57,942 bases of DNA from Pseudomonadota bacterium (GTDB lineage: Bacteria > Bdellovibrionota > FAC87 > UBA2466): assembly GCA_043718025.1 (NCBI GenBank), contig JAYSWN010000135.1:1-57942 (forward strand), written 5' to 3'. Both the position numbers and the translations under genes were made by a program. The notes beneath the pieces were generated by a model. The model did no database searches, was not told the DNA's origin, and saw only the letters and a program-made list of their open reading frames with translations. Positions 1 to 11,076 of this stretch are shown here, in pieces; position 1 is the first letter of the stretch; each line of letters starts with the position of its first letter.

Positions 1-1000
<1,000 letters not shown>

Positions 1001-1113
1001 CAAATTTATAGCTTGAGAATCGAAAAGTTTATCCTATGCATTGTCATTAATTTTCCTCTTCCGCGCTTCTGTTTTTGGAGTATTCCATAACAAGAGTCCG
1101 TAGGAGAAACAGT

Positions 1114-1231
<118 letters not shown>

Positions 1232-1235
1232 TTAT

Positions 1236-1271
1236 GGCCCAGGTGACCCCGGTTACCTGGGCCTTTTTTTT
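1236..1271 (+). terminator. Rho-independent terminator of the rRNA operon
   Basis: Hairpin GGCCCAGGTGACC-CC-GGTTACCTGGGCC followed by T8. Confidence 0.9.
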
Positions 1272-1288
1272 AGCGTAGACTAAATCCG

Positions 1289-2047
1289 ATGATGGACGAA
1301 AGCACAGATACGACCCAAACATCTGAGAATACCGCGAGGGAATCGAACTTAGAGCAAGAGCAAGGTAAGAGAGATCTTATAAAGGCTCTCATTGTTTGTT
1401 TTTCTATAGTTGTTTTGGTTCGTTCCTTCCTTTTTGAGCCTTTTAAGATTCCTTCAAGCAGCATGATTCCTACGTTGAAAATTGGGGACCATATTTTCGT
1501 TTCGAAATTCTTGTACGGCCTGACACTTCCCTTTTTGAAAGTGGAGCTAGTGGGTTGGAGTTCTCCGAAGCGAGGAGACGTTATTGTTTTTCTTTTTCCT
1601 CGCGATGAATCGCTTCATTACATAAAGCGGGTGGTGGGCATTCCTGGAGACACCATAGAACTGAATGGAAAAGAACTTGTCATTAACGGTTCCCCGGTTC
1701 GCAAGGAACCCCTGCATGATACCGATCCTGCCGCCGCCGCTATGCAGGGCGCTTATGCGCCTGGTGAACTCTATAAAGAGTATCTTGGGAATACAGTTCA
1801 TCTAGTCAGGTATAAAAATTCAGGCGTTGATTTGAATCGCTTGGTTCCGAAAGAGGTTGTTCCGCCCAATAAGTTTTTCGTTATGGGTGATAACCGAGAT
1901 GACTCTTATGACAGTAGGTCGTGGGGATTTGTTCCTCGTGAAAACATTAAAGGCCGGGCTGAAATGATTTGGCTTTCTCTCGACCAGACAAATAGCTCAG
2001 GAACGCGCGCAGTAAGATGGTCACGCTGTGGCGCGCTAATTCATTAG
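1289..2047 (+). CDS. lepB: Signal peptidase I
   Basis: One TM segment, then PSSSMIPTL (catalytic Ser), YIKRVVG (catalytic Lys) and MGDNRDDSYDSRSWG. Confidence 0.95.
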   Translation: MMDESTDTTQTSENTARESNLEQEQGKRDLIKALIVCFSIVVLVRSFLFEPFKIPSSSMIPTLKIGDHIFVSKFLYGLTLPFLKVELVGWSSPKRGDVIVFLFPRDESLHYIKRVVGIPGDTIELNGKELVINGSPVRKEPLHDTDPAAAAMQGAYAPGELYKEYLGNTVHLVRYKNSGVDLNRLVPKEVVPPNKFFVMGDNRDDSYDSRSWGFVPRENIKGRAEMIWLSLDQTNSSGTRAVRWSRCGALIH

Positions 2048-2946
2048 GCGCGCTCTTGGGAGAGTAACGCGGCTCCGAAGGCACCACTAAACTCATCCAA
2101 CTTACCCAATTCGATTCTTATGTTTTGAGCAATTGAAGGAAAACAGAATGCTTTTACATTCTGCGAGATCTGTTGAAGAACGGGCGCTTCTATTCCTTGA
2201 GCCACGCCGCCCGCGAGGCAAATCATATCAGGATCCAAAATATTGGCGAGACTGGCCAATCCTACACTTAAACGTAAAATATACTCATCGAGAAATTTAA
2301 GAAGAGGAGCACTTTTGGAAACACGATCAAAAAATTCACGCGCCGATAGCCCAGTTTCACGGAGAATCGCCGTGCCCGAACAATAGAGCTCAAAACAGCC
2401 GACGTTGCCACAGCCACATTTGTTTCCTCTAAAGTCCAACGTCATGTGACCAATTTCGGGGGCCGTAGAAGTTGCACCGCGAAAAATACGGCCGTCGACA
2501 ATCAAGCCTCCGCCGATTCCAGTTCCCAGAGTAACCGCGAGCAGAGACCGCGGCCCCTTCGGTGCTATCACCATCCACTCGCCCCAGGCGGCGCAATTAG
2601 CGTCGTTTTCAACGATACACGTAGTACCCGAAGCACCAGTAAGCAGATCCGCCAAAGGAACATCGCGCCACGCAAGAAAATTAGGTGAGGTACGCACGAC
2701 ACCGTTTTGTCTATCAACGGAACCCGCGCAACCAACGCCAACTTGAGAGGCTGTGAACCCTAGTTTGTCTAGTTCAGCAAGAATGCCAGCCGCAACAGCA
2801 ATGACATGCTCATAGCTAATGTCTGCCTGAGACGGCCTTGAGCCTCGGTGGAGAGTCTTTAAATGACGGTCTACCGCTATGAATTTGATATTGGTTCCCC
2901 CAATATCAAGCCCGATAAAGCAGTGGTTAGCGCTATTTAAAGACAT
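2044..2946 (-). CDS. ROK-family sugar kinase (glucokinase-like)
   Basis: GLDIGGT, ENDANCAA, LGTGIGGG, EIGH and the zinc motif CGCGNVGCFE. Confidence 0.92.
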   Translation of the reverse strand: MSLNSANHCFIGLDIGGTNIKFIAVDRHLKTLHRGSRPSQADISYEHVIAVAAGILAELDKLGFTASQVGVGCAGSVDRQNGVVRTSPNFLAWRDVPLADLLTGASGTTCIVENDANCAAWGEWMVIAPKGPRSLLAVTLGTGIGGGLIVDGRIFRGATSTAPEIGHMTLDFRGNKCGCGNVGCFELYCSGTAILRETGLSAREFFDRVSKSAPLLKFLDEYILRLSVGLASLANILDPDMICLAGGVAQGIEAPVLQQISQNVKAFCFPSIAQNIRIELGKLDEFSGAFGAALLSQERA

Positions 2947-2975
2947 AAGATTGATATACTCTTGGCGCAGTTAGA

Positions 2976-3725
2976 GTGAAAGAAGCAGCAATGAATCACC
3001 CCGTTGAAACGCAAGTAACAACTCCTATCGCCCTAGATAAACTCTGTTATTCAGTTGGCAGCAAAGAAATATTGAAGAATATTTCACTACGGCTTGAATC
3101 AGGCAAGACACTTGGACTGTTAGGCTTAAATGGCGCCGGGAAAACCAGCATGATTCAAATCGTGTTAGGGCTTTCGAAACCTAAGTCAGGCAGTGCCTTG
3201 GTTTTCGGCACCCCCACCCTCCATCGGAAGTGTTTTTTACGCCTCGGGTATGCGCCAGAGGAGCCATCGTTTCCCGATTTTTTGACGGTTCAAGAGTACC
3301 TAGAGTTTGTGGCGGCCGTACGTTTAAAGAAAAATCAGCGTAAAGACGCGGTGGCTCAAGAGCTGGCGAATTTCGAGCTTGAAGGAAAAAAAAGGATTCG
3401 TGACCTTTCCAAGGGGATGCGCCGGAAACTCTCTTTGGCTCAAGCGTTTATAGGAAATCCCGAACTGATGATCTTGGATGAACCATTAAACGGTTTGGAC
3501 CCATTAGCCATCGTAAAACTCAGAGAAATTATATTACAGGCGAAGTTACGCGGCATAAGTTTTTTAGTGAGCTCACACATATTGAGCGAGGTCGAAAAAA
3601 TTTGTGACGAAATAGCGGTGGTTCAAAATGGCGAGCTAAAGCTATTCACCTCAATGGCCAAACTTAACGCCGAGTCTAAAACCGTGGAAACGGCATTTAC
3701 CGATATTCACAAGGTTGCCACATGA
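2976..3725 (+). CDS. ABC transporter ATP-binding protein
   Basis: Walker A GLNGAGKT, signature LSKGM, Walker B ILDEP, H-loop SSH. The start may instead be ATG 2991. Confidence 0.93.
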   Translation: MKEAAMNHPVETQVTTPIALDKLCYSVGSKEILKNISLRLESGKTLGLLGLNGAGKTSMIQIVLGLSKPKSGSALVFGTPTLHRKCFLRLGYAPEEPSFPDFLTVQEYLEFVAAVRLKKNQRKDAVAQELANFELEGKKRIRDLSKGMRRKLSLAQAFIGNPELMILDEPLNGLDPLAIVKLREIILQAKLRGISFLVSSHILSEVEKICDEIAVVQNGELKLFTSMAKLNAESKTVETAFTDIHKVAT

Positions 3726-4540
3726 ATCAGGTTTTTGCTCTTACCAAACTGATCTGGTTTCACACCATGCGGTCTCGTTTATTAGTAACCTTGGGGATCG
3801 CCGCCTTTTTTTTACCGTGGGGCTGGTTTGAGCTGGCTCAGACCGTAAATATCAAGCTTCAAGGCAAAGTGCTGAACTTGGATGGCGAGCAGGTTCTCTT
3901 GGGCGGTCTATTTATTACTCTTTTTATCAGCGGGTTTTTAGCCGCCGCCTACGGCATGTGGATTATGCCAAATTTGCATAGCGGGCGTCGCGGTCAGATT
4001 GTTTTTGTTCTGCCCATTCGTAAGTGGCTTTTTCCTCTCTCCTACGCAGCAATCTTGGTGGTGATGTTGGTGGCCCAACAGGCATTGATGTTGGCAGCCC
4101 TGCGCTTTTCTTACGGTACCCAGTTTTGGCTAGAGTCAGGTTTTTTCTTTAATAAATATTTGCCCTGCCTCGTTTTAATTTCTCTGGCTTACGTTGGTTT
4201 GTCTTTTTTCTTTGGATTACTGGCCTTCAACTTTAGTCCGATGACGACCTTTTTTTGGGGGGCCGGCACACTCTTCTTTTTACAAGGCTGGGGAATATTA
4301 TTTGAGATTCATAACACTCTCTCGATGGCGGAATACTTTCCGAGCATCGACAAACTTGCCAGCGTGTATGCTTTTTTACCACCGATGGGTGATTTAATTC
4401 TGGATATTCGCAAGACCGTACGGTTTGGTGGCTGGGGCTACGGTCACTTCAAATCGATGACCATCTGGTTGTTGGTGGTCTGGTCTTTAGTAGCCGTGCG
4501 GCTTTGGTTTCCGCCAAAGAATATGCGGCAAGAAAGCTAG
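3722..4540 (+). CDS. Probable ABC-2-type permease
   Basis: About six hydrophobic segments and an ATGA overlap with the ATPase gene. Confidence 0.7.
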   Translation: MNQVFALTKLIWFHTMRSRLLVTLGIAAFFLPWGWFELAQTVNIKLQGKVLNLDGEQVLLGGLFITLFISGFLAAAYGMWIMPNLHSGRRGQIVFVLPIRKWLFPLSYAAILVVMLVAQQALMLAALRFSYGTQFWLESGFFFNKYLPCLVLISLAYVGLSFFFGLLAFNFSPMTTFFWGAGTLFFLQGWGILFEIHNTLSMAEYFPSIDKLASVYAFLPPMGDLILDIRKTVRFGGWGYGHFKSMTIWLLVVWSLVAVRLWFPPKNMRQES

Positions 4541-5442
4541 TTCGCCAATTTTTGCGGCAATGCGGCTGCTACGTTTGTAGTCATGTCTTGAATAGTGGCA
4601 TTCCACTTAAGACCATAGTCACCAGTTGGGTTCTTATAAGTTTCTAAGAGAGAAACCAACGTGGCCCCCTGAGGGTTGGCTTTATAAGCTGGGGACAAAG
4701 ACAGCTTAAGGGTTAAATTTACGGCCGAACTAAGTAGCGTTTGGCCGAGTCTTACGTCGCCTGTCAAAACCCCGCTAATGTCCGAAGTCTTTGACCCAAT
4801 TTTAAAATTAAGAATTTCGACAGAGCCGTTTTTAACGGCGACTTTAATTTTAACGTCGCCCAAGTTTAGTAGCGGCAAAATAATCCCTTGAAGGTCGAGC
4901 GCCGGGATAGAAATCTTTTCGATATCCAGGTCGATTGATCCAGTAGATTTAGAAAGGTCTCTATTATCGACGCTAATGCTGGCGTCCATGTTGAGTTTTC
5001 CTGGAATAGGCGCTGGCACGCCCGGAATATTAATCTGGGATAAATTCACACCGCTCGCCTCGGCCAGTACCCTGATGGTTTCACCGGAGCGTGCAACGCG
5101 AGTAAAAACGTCACCCCCGCCTTTGAGTCCGGTTAAATTTAGCGAAATGGCAGGAACTGGGGGGAGGAAACCGGCAAGTCGAGCGCGCGTAACTAGCCAC
5201 TTACTGCTCAGAACAATATCGCCGCCGTTAGTAGGAATGGTCACATTGGAATTTGAAAGACTCACGCCAGGCCAACCGAATAGGTTAGGCGACATGCTAT
5301 CGGCCGTTACGATGATTCCCGAGTTTTCATGAATTTTCTTAAAGACGTAACTTCGTAAGTTTTGAAAAGGGAAAGTGAGAACCAGAAAAAACAGAAAGAC
5401 TACAAAGCCGATTAGGATCTGGGATGCGCTCGGCCGTTTCAT
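4537..5442 (-). CDS. gspN: Type II secretion protein N
   Basis: N-terminal TM ending LTFP, a beta-rich periplasmic domain, and last position in the gsp operon. Confidence 0.8.
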   Translation of the reverse strand: MKRPSASQILIGFVVFLFFLVLTFPFQNLRSYVFKKIHENSGIIVTADSMSPNLFGWPGVSLSNSNVTIPTNGGDIVLSSKWLVTRARLAGFLPPVPAISLNLTGLKGGGDVFTRVARSGETIRVLAEASGVNLSQINIPGVPAPIPGKLNMDASISVDNRDLSKSTGSIDLDIEKISIPALDLQGIILPLLNLGDVKIKVAVKNGSVEILNFKIGSKTSDISGVLTGDVRLGQTLLSSAVNLTLKLSLSPAYKANPQGATLVSLLETYKNPTGDYGLKWNATIQDMTTNVAAALPQKLAN

Positions 5443-6092
5443 CCGTTGCCCCCATCGGATGACGAGATAACGTAGGCGACCACTCCAAGTTCGGCCTTCA
5501 TGTATCCACGGAGTTTATCGTCGTTGGTAATCTTAATGGACGAAACACTAAGGCTACCCTGGCCCAGCTCGACCGAAGCAAGAAAAGCCTTGAGCTGATT
5601 TAGGTTAATTCGGTTCAAAATGACCGTGGCTTGCCGCATGCGAATGTCGGCGCTTTTTTCATCTCCCGGCGCTGCATCGGGCTTTTCTTCAATCTCGGCG
5701 AAACGTGGAGAAATTCCAGCTGATTTTGCATTGTCTAGGAGCTGTTGCTTCAACTGGCCGGCCGCCCCCACCGCACTTTTGCTTTGAATTGATTGGATTT
5801 GTGCGTTTTTTTCTCGCATTTGCCTCTGAAAATTTTGCACTTCGTTGATCATCTGATAGGCACGTTCGGATTTTTCAGATCCACCCCAAAGAGAAAGGTA
5901 GGAAAAGAAAAGATATGAGAAGATAATGAGAAATATCCCGCCAACGCTTCCCAAAATGATGGTCTTTTGTTCTCGGGGGTTGAAGCTTGCGAAACGATCA
6001 TACGCCATGCCGACGTATTTATTTTGATAGACCACCGATAACATCGGTGCGTTCTCATTTATCCAGGCTTTTATTTTTGAAGTGAAGTCCAT
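5439..6092 (-). CDS. gspM: Type II secretion protein M
   Basis: NPREQ motif before a single TM, then a coiled coil and a ferredoxin-like C-terminus; lies between gspL and gspN. Confidence 0.8.
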   Translation of the reverse strand: MDFTSKIKAWINENAPMLSVVYQNKYVGMAYDRFASFNPREQKTIILGSVGGIFLIIFSYLFFSYLSLWGGSEKSERAYQMINEVQNFQRQMREKNAQIQSIQSKSAVGAAGQLKQQLLDNAKSAGISPRFAEIEEKPDAAPGDEKSADIRMRQATVILNRINLNQLKAFLASVELGQGSLSVSSIKITNDDKLRGYMKAELGVVAYVISSSDGGNG

Positions 6093-6094
6093 AA

Positions 6095-7699
6095 TTACCT
6101 TCCCAAAACTTGCGCATCCATTTTGAACCGCTGACCGTCTTTGCTGACTTTGAGTTCTTTAATAAATTTCAAATTCCTAATGTTTTCAGTGGCCTTATCC
6201 AAGTTTCCTTGAAAGACCACGCCCTCAACTAGGACTTGCTTGTCATCAATTGAAAGCAAGTTGACGTCCACTTTAGTGTCTTGGGGAAAAGAGTCGCTGA
6301 TCAATTTGATCATAGAGAGCACCGGCTGGCGGGTCTTTTTGAGGATGGTTAACTTTTGATCGATCTCATTCGATTTTTTTCCTAGAAATTGTTTTAGGTC
6401 CTTTGGGTTAGTAGTCAGACTGAGTCTTTGCTTAACAGGGACTTCGGGAAAAGCGCCCTGAAAAACCTTTCTCAAGTCTTCTTGCGCCGACTTCGCCTCT
6501 TTATCGGTAAAGAATCCAGAAACGTTCACGTGAACAAAAAGGATTGCAATCAGTACGGCAATATATTTGCCGAGGCGCAAAACATTCGGATTTTTAAGAA
6601 ACGTGCTGATTTCTGTTATTGAAGTTTCTTTACCCATTTCCTGCTGGCGGAAGTTGAATGACAGCGAGGTTTTACGTGTGAACACCAGCGCTCGGCCGAG
6701 CGGCTCGCCGAAGCGGGCGGTGTCTGCGCGGTTGGCTTCATTTTTTAATGAAAAGACATCGAGAAAGTTAAAACGTGAGGTTGGCGCATCCAGTGCTGAC
6801 TCTATGTAATTATCAAGCCCCCAAACATTGGAAAGTCCTCCGGTAATCAAGCTGCTTGAGATCTGTTTTTTGTAGATAGAACGGTAGGCGAGAAGCGTAT
6901 GATTCACTTCGGCAATAAAATTATTGAATGCCTGACGGGCAGCATTGGCTGCTTCCACGGAGTCAGGATTATCCCCTTTTTCGGTGTTGGCATCGATTTT
7001 TAAGTCGTTAACCAAATAACTTTGAGCCTCTTCGAGGGAAGTATCCATGTTAAGGGAAAGGGATTGGATTACCGAAAAGCCTCCCCACGCGATGGTGCGG
7101 AAATACTCAAGACGATCTTCATCAAAAACCGCGAGGTTAGTTTTTTGATGGCCGAAATCTATCAATAGTGTGGGGCTGGCGGGCAGATTTTCCTTTTTCT
7201 CTGAGTTGCGCAGTGAAAGAAAGAGATTGCACGCTCCCATTCCATCGAAGGTCAACCAGTCCGGATCAACGCCCAGGCTGCGCAGCCAATCCAGATGGGT
7301 GAGGATGTGCTTTTTTGGGGCAACCGCCGCAAACACGAGGCTCCCGGTATCGGTTCCCATTACGTGATGTTCGACGATGGACTCTTCGAGTTTGAACGGA
7401 ATATTATCTTCCAATTCAAAACGGTACATTCGTTCTACTTTTTTTCGCTGTTTAATCGGGATTGGGAGAAAACGTAGAGCTGTAAGCGTGGTAGGAAGGC
7501 TTGTCACAATTTTTTCAGGATTGCTGGGAAGTCGGGCCAGGATCTGTTGGGTGGCTTCAATATAAGCCTTGGTGGGCTCAAGCACTTTCAAAGGTAGGCG
7601 GACTTCGTGAAAGTCTAAAATATCCAATCGCCTGAAGCGAGATTCCATCTCGACGGCTTTAACGCTCCAGGACCCAAATTCGATGCCGAGTATTCTCAA
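6095..7699 (-). CDS. gspL: Type II secretion protein L (PilM-like actin fold plus PilN-like periplasmic part)
   Basis: LGIEFGSWSVK, LIDFGHQKT and ITGG actin-fold motifs, one TM, and operon position. TTG start after AAGGGG. Confidence 0.85.
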   Translation of the reverse strand: MRILGIEFGSWSVKAVEMESRFRRLDILDFHEVRLPLKVLEPTKAYIEATQQILARLPSNPEKIVTSLPTTLTALRFLPIPIKQRKKVERMYRFELEDNIPFKLEESIVEHHVMGTDTGSLVFAAVAPKKHILTHLDWLRSLGVDPDWLTFDGMGACNLFLSLRNSEKKENLPASPTLLIDFGHQKTNLAVFDEDRLEYFRTIAWGGFSVIQSLSLNMDTSLEEAQSYLVNDLKIDANTEKGDNPDSVEAANAARQAFNNFIAEVNHTLLAYRSIYKKQISSSLITGGLSNVWGLDNYIESALDAPTSRFNFLDVFSLKNEANRADTARFGEPLGRALVFTRKTSLSFNFRQQEMGKETSITEISTFLKNPNVLRLGKYIAVLIAILFVHVNVSGFFTDKEAKSAQEDLRKVFQGAFPEVPVKQRLSLTTNPKDLKQFLGKKSNEIDQKLTILKKTRQPVLSMIKLISDSFPQDTKVDVNLLSIDDKQVLVEGVVFQGNLDKATENIRNLKFIKELKVSKDGQRFKMDAQVLGR

Positions 7700-7708
7700 A
7701 GTTTCCCC

Positions 7709-9136
7709 TTACCCTTCTGACCAGAAGAGAATTTTTACTGTATTGGGTTCTACCTTAGGTGCCGGAGCACCCGCTCCGGCGGTGGGCGTGGAGACTTTAT
7801 CGATGCAAGGCTTAAAGATATTTGGAACTAAACAACATTTCTGGGCGCCTTGATCAATAAAGGAACCGCCCAAATTAAGACATTCAGCGTCAGTGGATGG
7901 TTTGGTGATACAGGCGCCCGCACCACCGTTCATCCTGGGATCCCAGACGCGATTGGTAGCTTTGTTACAGGCGGCAAGGTTGGTGAGTGAACTGTCGACG
8001 GAGCCACCTTTTCCGGCGGTGAGTGCCACGCCAATTCGCAAGGTTTTCATGATCTGGCTCTTGCTGCGCTTAATAATACCGGCTGATTCAATGACGAAGC
8101 TTTGGCTAGACACCGTAAAAGGATAGGAGGTTTCGTCGGGAAAATAGGTCTTAAAGCCCGACCTTCCCAGGGTATTGGTGACAAAATCGACGAAACTTTT
8201 TTCATTGGTCCAGCCGCCAATTTTATCTCTTTCTTCGGTAAGTCTTTTCATATCGTCGTCGGTGAAATCTCGGTAAAGGGCCTTTAATACCGTGGTTGAG
8301 GCAGTATTAATATTGATCTTACCGTCGTACGAATAGACGGTCACTAAGGGCTTTAATTTTTGAAAGAGGTGATCGTCGATGCCCTTGACCATTTTAAGCT
8401 CTTCAATAGTGAAAAAACGGGCCCGTTTGGCTTTATACGGCGGCTTCTGTTGTTCGTAAAAAGAGTCTTTATTGCCTCCGGCGAAGCTGTTGCCGCCTGG
8501 GGTTACCCAATCCATAAGGTTAAAAACCAGCTCTTCAGGCTTGAGGTTTGGGTACTCCTCATAGGGGTTTTCAGACTCCTTTATGAAGTTATCGAGCAGC
8601 TGAACTAGTGTTTTTCCAATGTATTCGAAGAGAGACTTGGGCTGGTCGGAGAAGCTAACCCGACCCGAACTGGCTAATGCGGTTGGAACTTGAAGGTAGT
8701 TGAGGTTGATCTTATTGCTCTCGGAAGTAATAACGTGAGTGTATTGGCCTTCTTCAACTTTGGTCTGTTGGAGCACCTTTTCGGCCGCGTCTTTGTCGCC
8801 TTTGCTCAGGGCCTTCACTTTTGCGCCTTCAGGAGGAAAGGGGGGGAGCGGCAGTCGCCAGACCTGCTCAAGGAAAGGTGTGACATCCATACCGCCAGCA
8901 AGATTTTTGAGTGCGGGAGACCCTTTTAGGCGAGCGAATAATACCACCCTAAGTAAACCGACTCGAGCGCCAGCTTTAGCGAGGTAGAGCGCTTGGAGTT
9001 GGTTTAGCTCATTATAAGCAAGTTTTCTTTCCACCATCGCCGAGTATTGAAATTCAAATAGCATGATGGTGATGATCATCATGGCCACGAGAACCGTGAG
9101 TAAAGCGGCTCCCCTTTGCTGCCCTGCCCGGCTCAA
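7709..9136 (-). CDS. gspK: Minor pseudopilin GspK
   Basis: Atypical prepilin site QRG/AALLTVL, KINLN and KININTA motifs, and the HhH-like ELKMVKGI. Confidence 0.92.
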   Translation of the reverse strand: MSRAGQQRGAALLTVLVAMMIITIMLFEFQYSAMVERKLAYNELNQLQALYLAKAGARVGLLRVVLFARLKGSPALKNLAGGMDVTPFLEQVWRLPLPPFPPEGAKVKALSKGDKDAAEKVLQQTKVEEGQYTHVITSESNKINLNYLQVPTALASSGRVSFSDQPKSLFEYIGKTLVQLLDNFIKESENPYEEYPNLKPEELVFNLMDWVTPGGNSFAGGNKDSFYEQQKPPYKAKRARFFTIEELKMVKGIDDHLFQKLKPLVTVYSYDGKININTASTTVLKALYRDFTDDDMKRLTEERDKIGGWTNEKSFVDFVTNTLGRSGFKTYFPDETSYPFTVSSQSFVIESAGIIKRSKSQIMKTLRIGVALTAGKGGSVDSSLTNLAACNKATNRVWDPRMNGGAGACITKPSTDAECLNLGGSFIDQGAQKCCLVPNIFKPCIDKVSTPTAGAGAPAPKVEPNTVKILFWSEG

Positions 9137-9837
9137 AATTGCACCAGGAACTGATCGTTATTGCTAAAAGTAATCTTGATCTGTGTTTCGATCAAAAGGG
9201 GCGCTTGCCCCTCTTTTGAAACCTCCAGTTTCACCTTCACTGACTTTGGAAAGAGGTCGCGATAGGCGCCGCCGTCGGAGTTCCAATCTTGGACCCACCG
9301 TTGGGCTTTATCGTCCCAATATTGAAACTCGAGCGTCTTGACGTCATCAATTAACGTATAAATGGAGCCGCCTTCAAATAAATTTGCGTCGATTAATTCA
9401 CTTTCGCGTTTCATTAAGCTGGGCAGTTTTGCGCCATCTTTTCGTTGGAGAAAATAGGATATTTCAGTTTGATCAGTTTCACGGCGGCCGGTGTAATAAG
9501 TGCGATGACTAAGGGCGGTAAAAATAAGTTCATTTCTGCGACCATCGAAAATGGTGTGGGCCACTTGTTGGTTTTGCAAAACGGATTGTTTAGCCTCGTC
9601 GCCCAAGTCATCGTAAAGCACGTGAAATGCTTGGCCAAGATCTCCGCGCAAAAGAGAGAGGGCGGAACGTACGTCGCTATAGGTGTCTAAATCTTTGAAA
9701 GCCAGGTTCTTAGTGTTTTGGATCTGTTGAAGGTGCCGCACCGTGGCCAAACCGATGACCGTAAAGATGGCTAACGAAAGCAAAAGTTCGATCAACGTAA
9801 AGCCAGACAGGGCTGAAGTTTTGAGCCGCCTAATCAC
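9133..9837 (-). CDS. gspJ: Minor pseudopilin GspJ
   Basis: Prepilin motif G/FTLIELL and operon position. Confidence 0.88.
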   Translation of the reverse strand: MIRRLKTSALSGFTLIELLLSLAIFTVIGLATVRHLQQIQNTKNLAFKDLDTYSDVRSALSLLRGDLGQAFHVLYDDLGDEAKQSVLQNQQVAHTIFDGRRNELIFTALSHRTYYTGRRETDQTEISYFLQRKDGAKLPSLMKRESELIDANLFEGGSIYTLIDDVKTLEFQYWDDKAQRWVQDWNSDGGAYRDLFPKSVKVKLEVSKEGQAPLLIETQIKITFSNNDQFLVQF

Positions 9838-10451
9838 TGGCTACCGCCGGTTCCTGTGCCGCTAGAACCACCGGTTCCACCGCCGCCTAGTCCAGAAAGG
9901 TCCGGCAAGACTACCTGCTGATCGTAACGCACAAAATGCGTGGTAGCGGTTGCGGTTCGTTTGGTTTTACCCTGAAACCAATAAACTTCGGCGTGAATTT
10001 CGCGTAAAGATTTGGTGATGTGGGCGCTGGCTAGATCAAGAATTAATTTTTGGATTAGATTTTCTTGGGCTGCATCACGCTCGTCGGCATTTTCTTGCGC
10101 CATCTTAGAGGCAGTTTGAGAGAGCTTGAGATCAATCTCGTAGCATTCAGTTTTCCAAGTAAATCCCTCGTTGCCGGCGCCCTCGAATTTTCCATCCTTT
10201 TTTTTATCGCACGCCTTTTCAATGCCCTCCGATTCAAGCCGGGTTTCGAGCTGGGTCATGGTGCTCTGCAAAAGCCAGGCGGCGCGGCTGACATCCCGCG
10301 CATCGCGCGTTGCCTTAACGCTACCGTCGGCGATGTTAGACGCAGCTAAAACCGCCATTGTGAAAATGAGCATGGCCACCATCACCTCAATAAAGGTGAA
10401 TCCGTGGCGATGGCGCCGCTGATTCTTTCGACCTTTAGCGGGGAGTTGCAT
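9834..10451 (-). CDS. gspI: Minor pseudopilin GspI
   Basis: Prepilin motif G/FTFIEVMVA and operon position; Gly-rich tail. Confidence 0.85.
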   Translation of the reverse strand: MQLPAKGRKNQRRHRHGFTFIEVMVAMLIFTMAVLAASNIADGSVKATRDARDVSRAAWLLQSTMTQLETRLESEGIEKACDKKKDGKFEGAGNEGFTWKTECYEIDLKLSQTASKMAQENADERDAAQENLIQKLILDLASAHITKSLREIHAEVYWFQGKTKRTATATTHFVRYDQQVVLPDLSGLGGGGTGGSSGTGTGGSQ

Positions 10452-11076
10452 TGAAATCCTTTAGCTTCTCGCGAAACATGTCGACCTTTCCTGATGTAGG
10501 ACGAATCACGAGTGAAGTTGTAGTTTCGGGCGAGCCTTCTCGGGCAATATGGAGAATGGCCGAATCATTGATGCCATTAGGGAAAAAGTGGATGTAAACG
10601 ATACCGTCAATCCGAGTTCCCTCGCGCTCTTTATAGATGCTGGTGAATTCAATTCCGCCCGGCATCACCCGCGGCTCTTTCGAGTATTTTTCGGCGAGAC
10701 CAAAATTCGAAGGAGGAGGCTCTTTGCTGTTTTTTTTTGAAACTTGGCCTTCGGTTGAGTTTTCGGTCAGCAGTCCCCCACGCGTCTGATTCTCAACCCA
10801 ATAGGTTCGTTTTTCTAAATTAATTGCCAGGCGGTGGGTAAGGTTAAGTAGAATGGCGTCATTTCGGATAGTACGGATAAGCCCTACGAATTGTCTGGTT
10901 GTGGCATTTAGGCGATATACGGTGACGCGAGAGATCGCAGGTAGGCCCACCGCCATCACCATAGCGATGATCGCCAGGACTAATAGGACCTCGACGAGAG
11001 TAAAACCAGAGGAGAAAGGGTGCCGTTTATTCGCTCTTAATGTCGTCTTCGGTACCCGGTTCACCGTCGGGTCCAT
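10435..11076 (-). CDS. gspH: Minor pseudopilin GspH
   Basis: G/FTLVEVLLV and IHFFPNG motifs. The start is uncertain (ATG 11076 or GTG 11064, both inside gspG). Confidence 0.85.
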   Translation of the reverse strand: MDPTVNRVPKTTLRANKRHPFSSGFTLVEVLLVLAIIAMVMAVGLPAISRVTVYRLNATTRQFVGLIRTIRNDAILLNLTHRLAINLEKRTYWVENQTRGGLLTENSTEGQVSKKNSKEPPPSNFGLAEKYSKEPRVMPGGIEFTSIYKEREGTRIDGIVYIHFFPNGINDSAILHIAREGSPETTTSLVIRPTSGKVDMFREKLKDFNATPR

